A stretch of 20,000 nucleotides of DNA from an uncultured virus (IMG/VR IMGVR_UViG_3300042509_001296) (lineage: Duplodnaviria > Heunggongvirae > Uroviricota > Caudoviricetes): the IMG/VR virus record IMGVR_UViG_3300042509_001296. One strand, given 5' to 3'. Below, piece after piece: positions 16,432-20,000 of the stretch; position 1 is the first letter of the stretch, and each line of letters opens with the position of its first letter. The notes beneath the pieces are model-generated. The model was not told the origin of the DNA, made no database searches, and worked only from the letters and a program-made list of their open reading frames with translations. The position numbers were made by a program, and so were the translations under genes.

Positions 16432-16470
16432 GTCTGTACTTTCTCTCTTGGGTTGATGTTAGGGGATGGG

Positions 16471-17607
16471 TCAGGCAGGGGTGATGTTCTGCAACTTGAA
16501 GAACGAGCGTGGGGACTTGAACTTCAGGTTGGCAAGGACACTCACTACATACCTATAGGACTGTAGGTCTTCGTTATAGAACGGGCCCTCCGCTGTCATC
16601 AGGCTCCCTTCCATGCACCGAAGTTCCATGTTCCCAATGGAGAGGCCATATCCACAGCCGCTTGGGACCGCGTACTCCGTCGTGACCTCCACGCCATCCT
16701 GCTCGAATACATCGGAGAAGCCATAAGACTTCAGACCATTGGTCCGAGTCACGATGGCCCGCTCCTTGGAGTCGAGTTTGTTGAGGTACTCGATGAACAT
16801 CTTGCGATCCAGAACGACCGTGTCGATTTGGCTCTCGCGTGTATCATTCCGCTTGGCCTGATGGATACCCTCTCGGGTAGCGAGGACACAGTTATCCGCC
16901 CAAGTCTGGGTAGCCGTGCCGTCCGCAGCACCCTTGAAATAGGTGCTTCCGTAGTTCACGATGATCGGGCTATAGAAGTCATACTCGGGGTCACACACGC
17001 CGTTCGGCCATACGCCTTCCATCTGGGAGCCAGCCACAGCACCGAGGCCGGTGTTGATGTTGGCGTAGATGTCGGCCGGGAAACCAAACGGGTCTTCCTT
17101 GTTGGCCGTCCGCTTGGTGCCATCATTGATGTTGATGGTGCCGTCGATGGCCATCATGGACTCGATGCCGTGGAACCGGAGTTCGTTACCGGCCTTTCCA
17201 CCGTCGATCCACACTTCCTTGGACAGATGCTGCTCCATCGACTCTTGGAGCCGTGACGCCATCTTGCCCGCTACATTGATGAGTGCCTGCTGACCTCGGT
17301 TCTCCAGCATCTCCTTCTTATAGATGCTGTCCGTTACCTGATAGCCACGGTACGGGAGTTCGGCATTGACCCACAGGTTCTGTCGTGCGAAGACACGCGG
17401 GGTCTCACCATTGTTTCCGGTTACAGGTTGATTCCTGTACCTTACTTCCCACTGAAGGCCACGCCCTCCCTGATTCATCACGACGTTACCCGAAGACTCA
17501 AGGAGCGAGAACACCTTGAACTTACGGAATGTGGTCAACTCCTCTTCTTTGAGGTAGTTGATAATGGTCGTGCCAATACTACGGGCCCAGTCAGTCGAAG
17601 AAGGCAT
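16471..17607 (-). CDS. Major capsid protein
   Basis: 378 aa between a scaffold-like and a decoration-like gene. Size and motifs (GGRGLQWEVRY, LQESMEQHLSKEVWIDG, FHGIESM, ANLKFKSPRSFFKL) fit an HK97-fold MCP. Confidence 0.85.
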   Translation of the reverse strand: MPSSTDWARSIGTTIINYLKEEELTTFRKFKVFSLLESSGNVVMNQGGRGLQWEVRYRNQPVTGNNGETPRVFARQNLWVNAELPYRGYQVTDSIYKKEMLENRGQQALINVAGKMASRLQESMEQHLSKEVWIDGGKAGNELRFHGIESMMAIDGTININDGTKRTANKEDPFGFPADIYANINTGLGAVAGSQMEGVWPNGVCDPEYDFYSPIIVNYGSTYFKGAADGTATQTWADNCVLATREGIHQAKRNDTRESQIDTVVLDRKMFIEYLNKLDSKERAIVTRTNGLKSYGFSDVFEQDGVEVTTEYAVPSGCGYGLSIGNMELRCMEGSLMTAEGPFYNEDLQSYRYVVSVLANLKFKSPRSFFKLQNITPA

Positions 17608-17620
17608 CTGCTCTATCCTT

Positions 17621-18733
17621 TCACATTAGGCCACGGGTGCTTGCATCATCCCGCAGCATTTGTTCAAAGGTCATCTTGGGCTTAGGTGCCCGGGTATCGT
17701 TTGTTGCAGTTCCCGCCGAGCGGCTTGGATTTCTCGATGCTTCTCGACGGAGGTACTGCATATTCTGTTGAGCCAAATCCGGGGCAGCAGGTTTAGGCGG
17801 CTCAGGTGCTGGTGCCGGAGGTGGTGCCTGCCGGGACTGCGACATGAACTGCTGAATCTGCTGCTGGAGTTGGCCTTGAGAGGCTTGCTGGGCATCAAAG
17901 GTCTGTGCCATCAGGTCCCGTTCCGTCTTAGTGACGGCGTAGTCCCATCTGGCCTTAGGCCCTTGAATGCCAAGTTCTCTTGCCTCTTCGACGTACTTAT
18001 GTACGAGTAACCCCTCCGGTGTGACATTGCCGGTTTGGGGATCGAACAGCCAATCACGATTTTGTTCCTCAATGGACTGAACGTAGGACTCGTTCTCCAC
18101 CTTTTGGAACTGCTGCTGGACAATCTCTTGGGCCTGCTTGGCGGCCAAATCCTGCACCATGGGACCCAGTGCTGCCTGTGGGTCCTCCAAGAACTTGCGG
18201 GCAAAGTCAGCCTTGTACTGCTGGTACTCAAGCAGTTCTTCGCGGGCCGAGATTGGGGCTTGGGGATCAATGATCTCCCGGCCTTCTTCGTCTCGGGTCA
18301 GGTATCGCTTATAGGAATCCTTGACCGAGGGAGGGTTCCACCACTTCGGCGTCTCCGGCTGCTTGGGCTGCTGAAGTTGCTGGGCCTGCTGCACCTGCTG
18401 GGACTGCGACTGCCGCCAAGCATCGAACTCCCGGCGGTGGGTCAGGTATTCCTGAGCGTAGGGGAGGACTTGCTGGTACTGGGCCAGAGATCGAGAGGCG
18501 GCCTTCTCCCGCTCCATGGCCTGATACAGGCGGGAAGCGATGGCCCGGTCATCTTGGCCCTGAAAGTCTGGGAGACGCTTGAAGGCATCCCAAGGAGATG
18601 TCTGCTGGGGTGCAGATCGCTCTACTGGTTGCGAGGGTTGACCAGAAGTGTCAACGCCTTGGGTGGGTGTTTCGACCGGATTCGACTGAATATCAGACGG
18701 CTGCGAATCAACTGGCGAAATATCGTCGCTCAT
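17621..18733 (-). CDS. Putative capsid scaffolding protein
   Basis: Disordered acidic N-terminus, Gln-rich helical body, Pro-rich linker, short C-terminal helix; directly upstream of the MCP; GGAGGAG SD. Confidence 0.7.
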   Translation of the reverse strand: MSDDISPVDSQPSDIQSNPVETPTQGVDTSGQPSQPVERSAPQQTSPWDAFKRLPDFQGQDDRAIASRLYQAMEREKAASRSLAQYQQVLPYAQEYLTHRREFDAWRQSQSQQVQQAQQLQQPKQPETPKWWNPPSVKDSYKRYLTRDEEGREIIDPQAPISAREELLEYQQYKADFARKFLEDPQAALGPMVQDLAAKQAQEIVQQQFQKVENESYVQSIEEQNRDWLFDPQTGNVTPEGLLVHKYVEEARELGIQGPKARWDYAVTKTERDLMAQTFDAQQASQGQLQQQIQQFMSQSRQAPPPAPAPEPPKPAAPDLAQQNMQYLRREASRNPSRSAGTATNDTRAPKPKMTFEQMLRDDASTRGLM

Positions 18734-18781
18734 AACTCTCCTCCAGAGGTGTGGCTCCAGAGGAAGTTTGAGTGTGCATGA

Positions 18782-19999
18782 CTATCTGGCAATGGGCATT
18801 CGCGGCATCATTCGGCCATAGGGTGTGCCTGATGCTTGTGGTACTGCACCCGGGATAGTCTTGAGAACACTGGGGGCATCACTTAACGCCTTAACCCTCT
18901 TGGCGTCTTCTTCTTTCTTCCACTTCAGGAACTGATCTTGGCTTTGGTCGGGCAGTTCGTCTCGCACCCCCGGCGTGAACATCTCGCTGAAGTTCACTCG
19001 CTTCTGCTGGTTCTTTGGGAGTAGGGATTGCTGGTGTTCGTTGTAGGCAGTCATTCCGCCCATGATCCCGGCGGCCATGGGAATCTCTTCGAGGCCCTCT
19101 CGAATAAGGCTCCTGCCGATAGCCGACAACCCGCCCTTTGCCGCTCCGGCAGCCCCGGCGAGGAGGGTGGGGTCAATGAGGTTCTGCAAAAACTCGTGAA
19201 CTGAACTACCGGCGTATGACGGGTACTCCCCGTACTTCTCCCGGTAGTAGGCGTCGTAGGAGGTGGCGTTCGTCTTGTACCGGGGGTCAGCGTCGTCCTT
19301 CATCCCTTGGAGTTGGGCGTACTTTTCTTCCTTTTCCGCAGGGGTCTTAGGGTCTCCCGGGAGTATGGGGGATACCTTGTTGGCTGCGTTCTTGATGTCC
19401 CGGTAGGTGGCTGGGTCATTGACTAAGGACTGATACGCCCCACCCCGATCTTTGCCGGTTCCTTGGTGAGCCCAGCACGAATAGGCGTTGTAGCCCGGAT
19501 CGAGCAGGTTGTTCATAAGCCAGCCCGCCGTGTACTCGGGGTTCTGCAATGCCCCGGCCCAGCCGCTCTCCCCGTACTCCCGGCCTTCTTTGGCGTCCCG
19601 GTTGCTGGCGTTGTCGTGCTGGAGCGTGTCAATCCGGCCCTGAGCCCACTGAGGGTACTGTGCCCTCATGCCCTCTAGTTGCTGATGCCGGTCAATGAAC
19701 TCCCGGTTGGCCCGCCACTGGTCAGCCTGCTGGTCGCCTTCGCTCATGAGCATGGGCGGCAAGGGGCCGTTCTTGGCTTCATAAGCCTTCAGTTCGTCGT
19801 TCGACCAGCCCCGGCCCTTGAACTCGCTGAGTTGCCTATTGCGGGAGTCCTTGAAGAGGGGCTCAAGATCAGCCGCTTTGGTGTCCGGGTCACCAGATAT
19901 GAGCAACTGCCTGAAGTCATCCCATGGGTTTGCGTCTACGTCATTGGTCATGGCGTAGGGAGCATCGAACACCATGCCCAAGGCATAGTCTTTAGGGTT
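18782..19999 (-). CDS. Hypothetical protein, possibly internal virion/ejection protein (5'-truncated)
   Basis: Frame stays open to the window edge beyond 19981. Gly/Ala-rich hydrophobic segments (LLAGAAGAAKGGLSAIG, MAAGIMGGM). Confidence 0.65.
   Translation of the reverse strand, partial: NPKDYALGMVFDAPYAMTNDVDANPWDDFRQLLISGDPDTKAADLEPLFKDSRNRQLSEFKGRGWSNDELKAYEAKNGPLPPMLMSEGDQQADQWRANREFIDRHQQLEGMRAQYPQWAQGRIDTLQHDNASNRDAKEGREYGESGWAGALQNPEYTAGWLMNNLLDPGYNAYSCWAHQGTGKDRGGAYQSLVNDPATYRDIKNAANKVSPILPGDPKTPAEKEEKYAQLQGMKDDADPRYKTNATSYDAYYREKYGEYPSYAGSSVHEFLQNLIDPTLLAGAAGAAKGGLSAIGRSLIREGLEEIPMAAGIMGGMTAYNEHQQSLLPKNQQKRVNFSEMFTPGVRDELPDQSQDQFLKWKKEEDAKRVKALSDAPSVLKTIPGAVPQASGTPYGRMMPRMPIAR
18790..18802 (-). 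promoter_or_regulatory. Repeated box CGAATGCCCATTG overlapping putative -35 of the scaffold/capsid operon
   Basis: 12/13 match to the other two boxes. On the minus strand TTGCCA-16 nt-CAAACT follows; ~57 nt upstream of the scaffold ATG. Confidence 0.5.
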
Positions 20000-20000
20000 A

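Noticed and set aside
268..19678. Numerous plus-strand and nested ORFs in the track
   Set aside because: They are antisense or alternate-frame shadows of GC-rich minus-strand genes, with no recognisable motifs.

Overview
Structural and packaging region of a tailed dsDNA phage (Caudoviricetes, probably podovirus-like). Every credible gene is on the minus strand. Transcription order (right to left): partial possible virion protein, scaffold, major capsid protein, capsid decoration protein, a cluster of membrane/exported proteins (TM protein, CAP/SCP-domain protein, secreted protein, PEP-CTERM-like protein), small and large terminase (179-nt overlap), a second minimal CAP-like secreted protein, portal, endonuclease VII-type nuclease, and a ~7.6 kb array of collagen-like/fibre genes running off the left edge. 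Main observations: (1) a fibre module (P..GDxW + (Y/F)DG..W) that is intact in one gene but split across gene boundaries in others, suggesting plug-and-socket fibre assembly; (2) a phage-borne PEP-CTERM/CAP exported-protein cluster; (3) a repeated CGAATGCCCR box abutting putative -35 hexamers. All product calls come from motif recognition by eye; no database search was run.
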